Origin: Ramazzottius varieornatus
Lineage: Eukaryota; Animalia; Tardigrada
Reading direction: 5' to 3'
Assembly (NCBI GenBank): GCA_001949185.1
Contig: BDGG01000002.1
Span: 4,020,448 to 4,084,447 of the forward strand
Length of the DNA stretch: 64,000 bases
The position numbers and the translations under genes were made by a program. The notes below the pieces were generated by a model that did not search any database, was not told the origin of the DNA, and saw only the letters and a program-made list of their open reading frames with translations. This document shows positions 24,941 to 38,440 of the stretch, in pieces (the stretch's first letter is position 1; each line of letters begins with the position of its first letter).

Positions 24941-27900
24941 TCAGGCTGCGGACTTCGAGCTCATCAAAAGTTCGACTTCGTCAAACAAAGTCAGGACGCG
25001 AATTTCTTTTTCCGTCATGAGGTCCAAAATTTCTTGTGTTCGCTGTGGAAAGCATTTGATGGCGTCGACGTACAGTGCCTGGAAGGAACAATCAGATTCG
25101 TGAAGGAAGTTCGCCTTAGTTTACGAGGAGTGGCGTACCTTGGCCGAAGGGCAGCTTTGTAAAGCTCGGTAGTACACTCCTTCCGCGTTCCGGAGGTTAT
25201 CTTCCTCTGTCTCGAACCTCAAGTACAGCCTCCACAGAAGTGGAGAGTGTCGTCCAACTCTCGATTCTACGGCTCGCTCGAACAAGGACCGAAGCTTGTG
25301 TGACATTCCCGTATCCCGATACGTGCTCACTTCCACATCTGCAAAATAGCAACCATAACTTATCCATGGGGCAGTCAAAACTAGCCGGAAACGTTCTTCA
25401 CCTGTAACTAAATCGGTCATTCGAGCGTTGTTGAGGTTCTTCCACAAGCGATACTTTCTCTCGTACTCAGAGAAAATGGCGAACATCCAGGGCACTTCCG
25501 TCGTGGATTCTTCCAGCACTTGGTCGAAGTATCCTCGTAGACGACCACTAATGAAAGCGGAGATCTCGGTGGAAATGAAAGCGTATAAGAGTTGTGGACT
25601 GTGGGGAAAGTCCTTAAGTCCACTCAACAGTATCTCCCGGAGCCGCGAAGAAGACAAGGAAGCTTGCCGTTGGTGATACAGCGCCAGTCGACAGAGAAAC
25701 TCCGTTAGTATTTCAAAGTCCATCTCATTTCTCTCTTTGACCAGGTCGAAGTCCACAGCTTTCGATCCTTCCTGCTCTTTCTTCTGGTCGTTCTGAACTT
25801 CCGAGACGAGTTCGAAGGCAGCCTCAAACCCGGAAATGAGGTACTCGAATAGTGCTGCACAGATCGCTGTGTTGCAATAGCGACTTCCCAGAGCGACCAA
25901 AAACGAAGTATCACTGTTATCCATTTCTTTCGCTTCTTTTAGCTTCTTCTGAAACACAATTCTGTATTTCAGAATCTGCGCTTGCGACAATTCGTTTTCT
26001 TGGCTCACGTCAAGCCGAACACCTTCCGCAAACTGCGCCAGTATCAAACATGCCTTTCTTTGTGCCGAAACGCTGATTGGATTTCGGTGCTGGGTGAGTG
26101 TCTCGAGAAGACTTTCCACGTAAAAACGAACTACTCGACCGAGGAGGACGTCATCAGGTTGGACTTGCGTGGATGACAGAACTGTCTGGAGGATTCTGAC
26201 GGTGGCTGCTGAGTTTCCTTGCAGTTGTCCTTCGGCAAGAGCGTACCATTCCCACACCAACAAGTTATTCCTATTCTCTGGTTGTTTCAGCAAGGACTTG
26301 GCCAGCGAGCGTAATTCCTTGGCCAACGCAGGCCGTTTGTCTGTTGTCTGCTGGGTGAGCTTATGGATGTGGTGCTGCAGCCAACACACACAGAGAAAAG
26401 CTCGTGGAAGGCCTTTGAAAGAATTTAGCGATTGCTCGATCGCTCCACCGATGAGCTGGTCGCCACCGGACCACGTCGTCTGGAAAGGATGGAAGAGCGC
26501 TCTAGCGTACGAGTCAGCGGACAATGGCGAATAATGAGACTCTGTCCAGTTGGCGAAGAAGGAAGTGAAGGGAGCCTCTAACGCAGACGGAAGTAGACTT
26601 TTGAAAGCAGAGGAGTTCGTGGAGTACAGTCTCGGCATTGCACAGTGTAGTAAAGAAAGACAGTTTATCACAGCTGAGAAAAGAACCTGCGCAGCTTCAG
26701 GCTTGGTGGGAATTCGGTACAAGTACGGGCTGATATCGTCAAAGAGGACTGTTCGCTCGAAATCGATCACCTCTTCTGAACCGTGGTAGGGAACCAAGTA
26801 GTGTTCTTGTCGAAGTTGCTCCAGCTTCAGCCATAGCTCGACGGGCGTCACGGAAGACTGTGCTAAAGCGTCTTCTGTCTGCTCTATGTTCTCAACAACG
26901 CTTTCTGCGTTTCGTGAGGCACTCGAAGGGTGGTCGGTGACTGTATTCCATCCTGGCGCGTTCTTTTCACCGAAACGCGGAACACCGGAATCCCAAAAGG
27001 GCTCCATGAAGACCAGCGCGTCTTTCAGCGGTATGGACGTGTTGAGTTTCGACGGGAAACGAAGGTTCAGTTCGAGCCATGCTTGTTGTAAAGCGACGGC
27101 TTTCTCTTGATACCCCGACTGCAACCAGAAGGACGACAGGAAGTAGATGAAGTAAACGACATGGACATCATGGTGCGGGTGTGCTTTGTGCGAGTAAAAA
27201 GTACCCTGGCTGATGGTCTGTGACAGTGTCAAGAACTTCTGGTAGGCTTTACCGATCTTTGAAAAAGAGAAGGTCGCGAAGTTTGACTGAAGAAAAGATA
27301 GGTACTCTCGCCATATCGAAGCGTCATTTGGATGGTCGAAAGCAAATTTCCCCCATTCGGAAGTGAGCCTCTCCCTGTCCCATACATCTTCGCACATGGC
27401 TAACCGACGTAGTTTCAACTCAATCGAAGCCGGGTTCTGTTCAATGGCTTTCTCGAGTATGGCAATCTTTCGTTCCTGAAGACCTGTGTGACTTATCTTA
27501 GTTTTCTCGTCGGACTTAGCGAAGCCATGACGCATGTACTCGTCTTGGAAGCGGAGGAAGTCCAGCCAGAGTTGGATGTCTTGTGGGTTGAGGCGGAGTT
27601 TCTCGTTGAAGGAGGCTGTGGTGGCGCGTTGAGTGTCGTATAAACCGGAGAGGTCGTCTTCGGGAACGAGGATGTCTGGTTCGTCTTCGGGGAGGGGAAG
27701 GTAGTTTCGACCGAATGGAACAATGTCGGGAGTCGGAGGTGGATGCATGACTAGCGAGGACCGCATTACCTTCAGCTCTTGGCTTTCGTGAAAGTAGCGA
27801 GGGTCCGCCTTCTTCCTCCATTTGCGTTTAACTGCGCCTAGCATCCAGCGAGGTGGGTTCTGGAACTTTGGGATGCTCTTCCAGTAAGTCGAGTCGAACG

Positions 27901-28732
27901 TCAGGTTGATGGCGTCGGGCTTCTCGTCCAGACAAAAGGCTTCCTCCGGTGGAACATTGGCTTCGGACAGGAAAACGAACTTTGCGTTCCGCCGTATATA
28001 TTCGTCCTCCTTTTTCTATGAAATAGTGCCAATAAGATGAGAGATGAGGGTCACCCGTAACATCAAGAAATCGACAGCTAACCGATTGCCCTGCTAACTG
28101 CCGCATTACACGTCATCGCGGTTAGGCGACGGCTCATAACGACGTATTGGTTTATCCGACTGAACCATGACGTCATACCTTAAACACATAAAGCTCATAT
28201 TACAATTGCTTACCTGGACTTCTGGCTGCTTCACTCGCTTTGGTTTCGGTCTGACTTCGGCAGGGAAATTCCCGACAGCTTCCACAGAGTCATACCGTTT
28301 GCGGTCCCGACGCTTCCTTTTCTTGCTCGATTTGTCCCTTTTCCTTGCTGATTTGCTCGACGATGACTGATTTTGGTCCAACTTCCGGTCATCGATTTCG
28401 TCTTCAGATGAAAATTCAGCGAGAACTTTCTCTGGTAATTTTACTGTCGATCGCAAAGTTTCTGGGTTCAGCGTTGTCTGACTGTCGAAAGAAAAATTGA
28501 ATCCGGCCAATCCTACCCAGCAAAAAGCACGATAAATAATATCTGGAAGACGGGAAGAAATCCATGTCTATCATCAAATTCACCTACCTGAGCTATTGTT
28601 ATCGGTTGAAGTTTGCGCTCCTCTCAATACGGCGCTGGGAAACAGGCCGCCAACTATGCGATCATCTTTCTCGACTTCCCTCTTACTGTTTCCATCCTCT
28701 TGAACCCTCTTGAACGCCGGAAATGAGGACAT
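24941..28732 (-). CDS. NRDE2: Nuclear exosome regulator / nuclear RNAi factor NRDE2
   Basis: Start MSSFPAF; NPQDIQLWLDFLRFQD, ERKIAILEKAI, SGYQEKAVAL, FWDSGVPRFGE, HAT repeats; last exon ALYVDAIKCFP...EILDLMTEKEIRV. Confidence 0.92.
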
Positions 28733-29667
28733 CCTCAGATTTCTGTGACCGATAACTAGCGATAAGCCAGTGCGTTAAGAGTGCATCGTTGCAAGAACAG
28801 AAGCTGCAGATGATGATCCGGATGATCCGTAAAGGTGCTTCTTCGCGATCACTGGGCTCCTAGTTGCATTCCACAACTCCACTAACTAATCAGGGAGAAT
28901 CCGGGAGTTCCTTATATCCAGTACGTTTCCTTGCTCGAGAAGCGAAACTAAAGAGCTACCACAGCAGGCTGGGCTATCTGACCTCTATCCCTCCAGAAGA
29001 GCCTACTTCAGATGCGAGAGATCTCACTGTAGAGGGATACAGTACGTATCGGAATCGGCGTCAAAAGTTGTCCTAAGTTTAGGTGGCATCAGAGTATCAC
29101 TCTGGTGGCATGTTTCAAAATGATTTGGTGAATTTGGAATTTTTGGTCACGTGATGTGCGATATCTCGCTTCGGGAGCATTTTCGTCCCTGAACATGTAT
29201 GGCTCATTCGAAAGAGCGCGTCGAGTTGAGTAGATTCAGTAAAATGGAGCTGGATTTTGGATGTTCCAAGAAATTAATTTAATTCTCGACTTTCCTAGGA
29301 GGGTTAAAGCTAAATCTCCACAATCACGCTGCTTGTATCATTTAAAATACTGGTTAAATAAATAATTCATTTGGAGTATTGTTTGGGAAATTAATATTGG
29401 CTGGGCTTGCCGGGCGCAGCAGGTGTGCACTGGTGGATTTGCAGTCTCCGCGCACCGTAAAAATGCTTTCAATGGTAGCCAATCATGGACCAAGGCTCGA
29501 TGAAGTAGACAAATAAAACAAGGATTAGCATTTAACTTGGTATTTACTTTCCACAGGTTTGGCGTTTTCTGAACTTCCGCAGAACTGTTCTACTTGCAGA
29601 GCGATCTAGCAAACTTCCGTAATGTTCTAGACCTTGGCTGGGGAGCACGCTTGAAGAAGGAGAAATC

Positions 29668-31299
29668 ATGACGGGTAGCTTCTCGGGAGCTGGGATTCCT
29701 AATAGCGTCTTGGACGACTGCTGTCTTCGTTTCTTGGTAAGCGTCGTTCCCCACCTGTCATCGGCAGCTGAGATGCAACGATGCAGATACCGGGAGTGAA
29801 GTCGCACTGTTATCTTCCTAGGTTGAGCTTGACTCAGAAGATCTGAAAGATTCCGTCCGTGTTTTCTTCAAGATTGAAGAGGCTCACTGGTTCTATCTGG
29901 ACCATTTTTGCGAGAGCAATCCTATCTTACCCAAGGTCGCCCTTCGCGACTTCACCGAGACTGTCTGCCGACATTTCATCCAGCTTCAGCGCTTTGTGGA
30001 ATATCTGGAGGAATACTGGAAGTCTTGGAAGCAGTACAAAGCCAGTATCCCGACGGCGGGAGCGATTTTGTTAGACGAAACTCTCGAATACGTACGTCGG
30101 AAAACTTTTAATACCAAAATTTTACAAATAATGATTGTTTTCCATAACAATTCGCTGGCGTAGGTGCTAGTCCTGGAAAGTTTTCCAGGAAGACGCTGGG
30201 GCTTCCCGAAGGGCAAGAAGAACAACAATGAATCGATGCAAGAGTGCGCGATCCGCGAAGTGTTGGAAGAGACTGGCCTGGACATCACGAACCTAATCAC
30301 TCCAGACGAGTATCTGGAACTTGCGTACGAAGACATGTTTGTACAGCTCTTCATCGTCGCTGGCATCAGCAAAGACACGCATTTTCAACCGCTGACCAGA
30401 GGTGAAGTGAAGGTAAATCAGCTTTTCCATACATAAGGTCACAGTTATTGTTATTGTTTGAGTCTTCTTTGCCGGAAGTACAATGTGTATTTGCAGAGCT
30501 TCGAGTGGATGTTAGTGCGGGAACTTCCGGGTGCGACCGGTCCTCAACATCCGAAATACAAGAACGCTGGATTCTTCATGATTCGTCCGTTCGTGAAGTG
30601 CGAAGTTTTTCGGAAGCGTGGAAAGCGGACTCGACAGGATCGTTTTCCAAATGGCGAGCCCAACTAGCCAGTGATACCGAAAGCGTGCGCCACTTCGGAA
30701 AACGATCTTGAGCGCATTTTCCGAGCTTTCAACTATTATTACATCCTTCGACCCCATACATAAGTGATTGCTTACGTTTCCCCTATTTCATTCACAGTCC
30801 GCTCCGACGGTGGATCGAGATGAATAGGAAAGCCACCTTGGCCATCGAGCCGGCCGAATCTCCTCAGCCAGCTTCTCTTCAGATAACCAACATCGTCAAA
30901 CGTGCGGCCGGAGTTCCACGATCACACTTTGACGTGTCGGAAAGCGACAGCGTGCCCTTCCCAACACCCGCCAAGACGATGGATCTCCCCTTGTCCGTAC
31001 AGAAACTGGCGGCCAACCAAAAGAAGCGTACTTCGATGGAAGCGAAGGAGGTTGTGGTGGCTGAACCGTTGAACGTAGCGGACCTAGAGGCTGCCATGGC
31101 TTGTAGCGCTGCGAACAACATGGTCGATACGCTGGTGGGTGATCATCCTGATGGTGTGGCGGAAGAGGCTGAGCAGCCGGCCAGGATGACCTTCTTAAGA
31201 AAGCCACTTCCGGTCATCGAGTTCCCGGACTTTACGCCCTCTGCATGGTCTCCGGGTTGCTTCAAGCTCGACATGACATCCATTCTGGCTGCGCAGTAG
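29668..31299 (+). CDS. DCP2: mRNA-decapping enzyme 2
   Basis: Box A (VLDDCCLRFL...FKIEEAHWFYLD), GAILLD, Nudix box WGFPKGKKNNNESMQECAIREVLEETGLDI, FFMIRPFV and a C-terminal FKLDMTSIL; five exons. Confidence 0.92.
30636..30709. mobile_element. Family A palindromic element in DCP2 intron 30598-30797
   Basis: GGATCGTTTTCCAAATGGCG...CGTGCGCCACTTCGGAAAACGATCT. Confidence 0.7.
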
Positions 31300-31604
31300 T
31301 TCACTTCAGGGGTTTTGACTAGAGTGTATTTTGCAACGATAAAAAGTCGAGTGCTCCTCTGTACGTCTTAGACGTTCTTTTCCGTGTTCTAAAATTGGAG
31401 CTTTTGAGTGTTTTGCCTTCTGTTTAGTAATGTAGTGATGCTTGCTACCGTTAGTTTCTGCCTGAAATAATGTAGTGTACTTTGTCGCTCAACACTCTGG
31501 GATGTTCCATGCACCTTGTGGTACTATGGGTCCAAATCTACTAGTGATGTATCCAGTTTCAGTCTCGAATTTAGTTACAGTTTAGTTTAAGTTTTAGTCC
31601 GGAC

Positions 31605-32748
31605 GATAGAGAAGGGTTTCCTCTGCAGTTTGAGCTATATATCTAGTCAGAAGAAAAATCCCGTAACATACTACGGGATCCGGAATTTACGGCTCCCAGA
31701 CGCCGCAGTGACGTAAGGAATCTTGATTGAGCATTTTGATTGAGCATACACTCATTAGTCGATCAGCCGATGTGCAGAGGTTGTACTGGATGGTGTGCTA
31801 TGATGCGCTGTCAACGGGTTTTGGTACACCGTCCTGTCCCACTATGTCAAAGAGGGGATCGACTGACGAGGGGATTTTTCCAATCCGCCGCCCCTGATGC
31901 TCAAACCCACATTCCAGGTGGATAGAGAAGAGTTTCCTCTATCTTCTGAGCCGAAAACCTCGTCATCATTCCCTTCCTGCAATAAACTGGACGGTTCGGA
32001 AGTGATCGTCCATTGACCGCTACAGTGCGCCGCAATGACGTGAAGTTTCTTAATTGCCTCTTTGATTGACCACAGAACGATTAGCTGATCGCCCGTANNN
32101 NNNNNNNNNNNNNNNNNNNNNNNNNNNNNNNNNNNNNNNNNNNNNNNNNNNNNNNNNNNNNNNNNNNNNNNNNNNNNNNNNNNNNNNNNNNNNNNNNNNN
32201 NNNNNNNNNNNNNNNNNNNNNNNNNNNNNNNNNNNNNNNNNNNNNNNNNNNNNNNNNNNNNNNNNCGATTAGCTGATCGCCCGTACTGTTGACGTTGCAC
32301 CGTACCACACGCCTTAACGTGCTAAAAAAGCACAAAGCAAGGCATCCGCTGCATAGCCAGCAGTGCCGGCGATCAGCTGATCGTTGTGTGATCAATCAAA
32401 AAGGCAATCAAGAACTTCACGTCATCGCGGCGCACTGTAGCGGTCAATGGACGATCACTTCCGAACCGTCCAGTTTATTGCAGGAAGGGAATGACGACGA
32501 GGTTTTCGGCTCAGACGATAGAGGAAACTCTTCTCTATCCACCTGGAATGTGGGTTTGAGCATCAGGGGCGGCGGATTGGAAAAATCCCCTCGTGAGGCG
32601 CTTGTGCTAAATCAAAACTCTCAAATAAGGATCCTTACGTCACTGCGGCGTCTGGGAGCCGTAACTTCCAGACCCCGCATTATCTTCCAGGATTTTTCTT
32701 CTGACTAGGTGTGTAGCTCCAACTGTAGAGGAAACTCTTCTCTATCTT
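31605..32748. repeat. About 1-kb foldback (long inverted repeat) surrounding an assembly gap (N at 32098-32265)
   Basis: Left arm about 31605-32090 is the reverse complement of about 32370-32748, with substitutions and a left-arm insert; the internal motif GATAGAGAAGAGTTTCCTCT occurs twice per arm. Confidence 0.8.
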
Positions 32749-33588
32749 CCTGCGGCACTGGTTTGAGCATTGGGAGTTAACGGTTGCCGCAATCCCCTTG
32801 TGAGATATGCACCCTGATGATCCATATCCCGGTTTTATACAAGAACGAGGGGTTTTTTGGGGTTCGTTCTTTGGCGCTGAGCTAGGGTTCGATCGATGGA
32901 ACACTTGCGCTAGCTGTGAAGGAACTGATTCCGACGTATTGGGCATTTGGGAGGTTCTCATTATAATTTTATCGATCGTTAATCGACTGGCCATCTTACG
33001 CTCTTGTTCCTCCAGACAGTCCTCTTCTTTGTGCTGGCCGTGCTGGGATGTTTCGGAAAAGTCTGTATGGAGACGTTGACCCGCTTAAGCGGCAGTCATC
33101 GATGGTGACCTAGCAGTGGCCTTACTGGCCTTGTATTATCTGTGCTGATTTTGGTTGTAAGGAGATTCCTCTATTTCACAGCAGGAAAGATACGACTACT
33201 CGCATGATCGTAACTCCTTGCATATTCGCTGATTACCTGCGCATTTCACAGTTGCAGGACGGCCGTGGTAAACTCCTAGAAGGATTTCTGCCGAGAAAAA
33301 CCATTGGACCATTGGACGGAACCGGAAGTGTATCCTTCGTCGACCGCCGACTCTGAAAGTTTTGGATATTTTTCTTTCTTCGCACGATTTATCAGCGCCA
33401 TCTTCAGAACTTTGCTTCACCGGCGAAGAGCACCATCGTGATCGTCGTGGTTTGACCCCGGGTAAATACTCGTAAATTTATTTTGGTGACTTTTGAAATC
33501 AGCTGCGCTAATCAGTAATCGCGGTCGTTGCAGAAGCCGTCTCACTGACACGTCGCTCTTGTTTCTTCACTCGAGCCTCGACTGCGGA

Positions 33589-35333
33589 ATGGGCTGGCAG
33601 AAATGCAAGTACTATTTCTGCTGTTGCTGTTATCCCCATTCCAACCATAAATACAAAATGCGGACGCAACTCTTCGGGAAGATGGCTTTTTCGGCTCCAG
33701 TGCAACTATATGAAATCGAGAATAAGAACGGCATGGTCCTGTCTGTCATCAACTACGGCGCAAGGATTGTCGGACTGAAAGTACCGTCGCTCACTGGCAA
33801 AGTGGTTGATGTCGTTTGCGGGTTCAAGAATCTGGAAGGTCTATCTCGTGTCTTGCACTTTGTTGATCAAGACAGATTAATGATAATTATGCATATTGGC
33901 GGCTTCTGTTATGCACTAGATCAAGCATGAAATTCACTGATAACGTTGGAATTTTACAGTGTTTGTTTTTTCCTTTACAGATTATCAAAAGGATGAATTT
34001 TATTTCGGAGCCATTGTCGGGCGTGTCGGAGGAAGAATATTCCCCACACGTGTAATGATCGGGAATCGGGAGTATAATCTGACGGTTAATAACGGAGACT
34101 GCCATTTACATGGTGGAATGAATGGCTTTGACAAGGTAGAGAATATAACTTAGGGGCGTAAGCAAAAGTACGTAGCAGGATCGTTTTTCCAAGTGGCGCA
34201 CGTTCCCAGCTAATAGCAATGGGTACGTGCGTCACTTGGGAAGTAGTTTTATCGGGTTCGTTTGTCGAGCTTCCAGAACGCGTTTTATGCACTAAACACG
34301 AAGTCGAAGATAGTGCTGATGACGAAGATAATACTGGTTTGGTTTTTTAGGCATTGTGGTCGGTAGAAGTGATTGAGGAAAAGGACGGTGTGCAAGGTCT
34401 GCTGATGCGCCACGTAAGTCCGGCGGGGACGGAAGGATACCCGAGTGAGATGTTAACGGAAGTGGAGTACCGCTTGACCAACGACAACGAGCTTGTCATC
34501 AAAATCAAAGCAACATGCGATGACATTACCCTTGCTAGCATTCCTAACCATGCATACTTCAACCTTGGTGGTCCGGTGAGAATCTCACTAGTAAACAACC
34601 TCGAACAAGGAAGTCGTATGCGCTGTACTAAGTTAAGATGTGCTTTCGCTGTCTTTAGGAAGAAGCAACCGTATACGACCACATCGTTTCGATCGCAGCC
34701 GATTCCTACCTTCCTGTGAACGAGAACACGGTTCCTACTGGTGAGATCAAGAGTGTGAAAGATACCATCTACGACTTCCGGAAACCACGGAGGTTGGGAG
34801 ACGCCATACCGATGACTCCGAAGGAAGGTTTCGGTTATGACGACTACTGGTGTTTCGCACAAGCGCCCTCCCAGGCTCCCAAACATGCAGCAAAGTAAGT
34901 ATTAGAGTCTACTTTCGGCCACACTTCCGCCTGGTTTTACGGAGCTGGTCTTTGAACCTTTTCCCGGATTTGCAGTGTGTACTGTCCAAAGACGGGGATC
35001 AATATGGAGATCCTGACGACCCAGCCTGGTATACTCATGTACACTGGGAACTATCTGCACAAAGCCGTGATAGGGAAGTACGATGAGGTACTGGACAAGC
35101 ATGGCGCTGTGTGCTTGGAGACGCAAGGATATCCAAATGCGATAAACAATGTAAGTCTATTGATTTGTCTGTATACGTGATGTGGGTTTTGTTTGCTTAT
35201 ATGGTTGTTCTCGTAGCCTACTTTTCCTTCGGTGGAAGTCCGGCCGGGAATGCCTTACGACCACACGACCATCTGGAGGTTCAGTAAAGTAAAGCACAAA
35301 CATGATTCCATTTCTAACCAATCTAAAGCGTGA
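33589..35333 (+). CDS. GALM: Galactose mutarotase (aldose 1-epimerase)
   Basis: Six exons; NYGARI, YFGAIVGRVGGRI, HLHGG, EGYP, NHAYFNL, TTQPG..YTGN and CLETQ.YPNAIN. The start codon could instead be 33658. Confidence 0.9.
34177..34256. mobile_element. Family A palindromic element in GALM intron 34136-34350
   Basis: GGATCGTTTTTCCAAGTGGCGCACGTTCCCAGCTAATAGCAATGGGTACGTGCGTCACTTGGGAA. Confidence 0.75.
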
Positions 35334-35726
35334 AGGCATGAAGTACGAAAACTGTTCCGTGCGAGGAGAGCTCTTATTTTTGTCTACTAGTTTTAACGAT
35401 GTATTGACTGTAGCTTTTGTGTGATAGTCTTTCTTCCTGTGAGAACTGTCAACTAGCTTGTTCGAATTGTTTTAATGTTAAGTTATTGTAGTGTATCGAC
35501 TCTGTTCGAGATTTGTGCTGTGTCGCTGCTTGCCGCGCGCAAAGCTTTTGCTTTTTTGATTTTTACTGCGTCGCTTTCTCTTTTATCAAAGCCACTTTTC
35601 GTAGCTCGTCTAACTGTTGTGACGGTAGCCGCAGTTTCGATATAAAACTATTATAATGTATACTACTTCCGGCTTGGTAATTTTGATACAGTTGGATAAG
35701 AGTACAGAGCTTCCTTGCCTCTTCTG

Positions 35727-38440
35727 CTATCGTGACTTCTGACGCTGCCAGACTTCTGAGGTTTGGATGATGGTTGACTTTTGCCGTCGTGCTCGATGTA
35801 AATTCTGCAGAAAAAGAAATATTAATCTTGTTCGGAGAACAAGAAGATGTGACACAGATTGCTTACGTTCTAGCTCGCGCAGGTCGCACATCACTTCCTG
35901 TAGAGGGGCAGTCAGCTTCTCGCTCTCTGGTGACATTAGACCTCCAAAGTGATGCAGGATGATCATGAAAATCTTTTTCAGCGTGCTCCATATGGTTTGA
36001 TTGGCGGCAGTATCATTCTCTTCGGTGAGGTGCCATGGATGGAGATGGAGAGCTTCTTTGGCTTTACGGAAAGCTTCCAAGTACGACCCGTTTTCCAGAT
36101 AACTGACTCTGAAGAAGAAAAACGTTGCTGTATACCGTGAAAAACGTTGCTGTATGGTTAAGCCGGAAAAAGCTTATACGCTATAAGGAGGCAAGTCGCA
36201 ACAACGTGGGTTCTCTTGGCAGCGACCACATGATAGTCCGATTCCGGGTCTTCGAAGTTAACTTTCTCGGAGCGCAGCATTTCCGCCATGACTTCGCTGG
36301 CTTTGTTTTCCTCGTCGGTGGCGAAGAGTTGAGCCACGCAGTACTGCGATAAGATCGCCACGGGAGTCTGCAATTCAAACAAAGAAGTCAGGCTGGATCA
36401 AGCGAAGCAGGTCTGCTGATCGGACTTACGCTGATCAAGGTGAAACTGGTGCTCTTGTAGAACTCGATGATGGTGTGATAAATGAAGCTGGACTCTGTAT
36501 AGTTCTTGGCCATGAACAGACAATGCGCAAGAGCTGTACAGTAGACGATGTCGTCTTGACAGTCCTCGATGTACTTTTGGAGGCACCTCACGGCTTCTTT
36601 GTAGTTGCGTTTCTTATAATGAAGGTTCGCGAGGCCGACTGTCGCCATTCGCAAACTACAAAATACACGAGTTCAAGTTTGCTAGGTCTCCGACAGGAAA
36701 TTGTTGTATGGGACATTGGCAAACGAACTCATACAGATCGTTTACCGAACTGGCGCATGCCTTCAACCATGACCAGCAAGAACGGAAATGTGCACCACGT
36801 GAAATCAAAACTGGTAGAAGCTTTATAATGTATACCTCAGTTTGACGGTGGCTAATTTTGCTTCCTTCTTCGCGAGCTTCCTCTTGAGTCCTACCGCAGC
36901 GTTCTCGTCCTCACAACTATCCAGACTTTGTTTAAAAATGCCGATATCCGTCTGGAGGTAACCCATATTCTCTTCGGCTTCTTGCATGACTTCGGAATAC
37001 AGCTTGGCACCAGATGGATTGTCGTATGCACTGACCAAGGCCGTTTCAATCATCCTCCAGTCTTCGTCTGTTACCATTTCTCGGATGCCCACTTCGTGGT
37101 CATCTAGCAGGCCCGATGCTTTCTCCATGTACTCTGTCCGTAGGTACATGATTAAAAGTGTTAAACGAGCTTGTTCAGTGATTGAGCTATCCACTGCCAC
37201 CAGGTGTTCCAGCAGTCTCGCGCATAATGGCGGATCAACCTGCTGCTGCAACACGGCCTTGATCAACTCGATGCGCTGATGCGAGGCGGAGTCCAGTCCG
37301 TTAGGTATCAGATCCAGCTGCCCATTTGCTGTTCTTACTAAAAACATGACAACGTTGGAGCACAACATCTGACCATAAAAATTCCAGCAGAGGCTGTACC
37401 TTGGCCTTGTTGAAAGTAACACGCCGCTTGGAGCGTCAAAGCCGCGGCAATCTTGCGAGCTTCTTCGACGTTTCTTCCGGCTTCCGCTTGGAGCATCACG
37501 TCGTCCCCTTCATACGTAGGAGCAAGGTCCGGCTTTTCCTTCACGACATCATCATAGATACCGGCAGCTTTCTCGATGGCTCCCACAGCGTCACCTTGCT
37601 GGTAGAGACATGCCGCTATGGCATACTGGCGCACTTCCGGGTGCGCCTGGTCATCTATCGAACAAGCCTCGAATACCTCCTTGGCGTTTGCGGAGCGTTT
37701 CTTCGCGTACAGATACAGCCCATAGTTGAAGTCTTGGCTTAATTGATCGCCATCTTTGCTTTCAAAGCCCTTCTACAGGGTTGGAAAAGGGGAAGACTGG
37801 CCATCCTTTGGTTAAAAGATACTGCACTGTAATATATATCAGCCTTCTCACCTTGGCTTCATTCCACAGCTGGAGTCGCGATAAACAGACACTTTTCAGG
37901 TTCGCAACATCTTCCGTCTCAGTTGACAAGGTTTCCAGAACGCAAAGCGCTTCGTATGGCTGACCATACTTGATGAGGCAATGCGCGTAGTATGCACCGT
38001 ACTTCTCTTTGAGCTCCTCGGATGAAGTTTTCCAGAGGTGCTCGTACTGGTCAGCTGCTTTGACGAAGTCTCCAGTCTGGTAGTAACAATATCCCAACAA
38101 GCAACTTATCGAGCTACTCTGCAAAGACGGATACAGTAACCACGTACAGTGGGAACTTCAGGCGCAGTGGTGACTTAGCGCGGCAGTTCAATCTTACCGT
38201 CTCGGTGTCCGCAGAAAAGACGCTGACAAGCTCTTCTATAATCCTTGACGCTTTCACAAATTGCTCCCTTCGGATCTACAAAGAGCCAAAAAAGCTGTTT
38301 AGAAAGTTCGATCTGCTTCCAACATATTACTTTAAAGTTCCGATCATATCGGACATACGTGTCCGAATTTACGTATACCGTGGGCCATGCATAGTGTATA
38401 CCGTATGGCCTGCGGTGCAAATTCTGGCAAGTTGTCGGAA
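35727..38440 (-). CDS. Divergent TPR protein, TTC30/IFT70 (fleer/DYF-1)-like; both ends approximate
   Basis: LLGYCYYQTGDFVKAADQYEHL, YAIAACLYQQG...KPDL and TALAHCLFMAKNYTESSFIY resemble successive TTC30 TPR motifs; multi-exon. Confidence 0.6.
36708..36815. mobile_element. Family A palindromic element in TPR-gene intron 36656-36835
   Basis: ATGGGACATTGGCAAACGAACTCATACAGATCGTTTACCGAACTGGCGCATG...ATGTGCACCACGTG matches the family A left arm and core. Confidence 0.6.

Noticed and set aside
29100-29350. AT-richer repeat-like tract (similar wording near 13030-13250)
   Set aside because: It resembles transposon-derived sequence, but I could not define TIRs, a TSD or a clear second copy.
31842-32708. 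ORFs spanning or flanking the N gap
   Set aside because: Artefacts of the N run and the inverted repeat; the same peptide appears on both strands.
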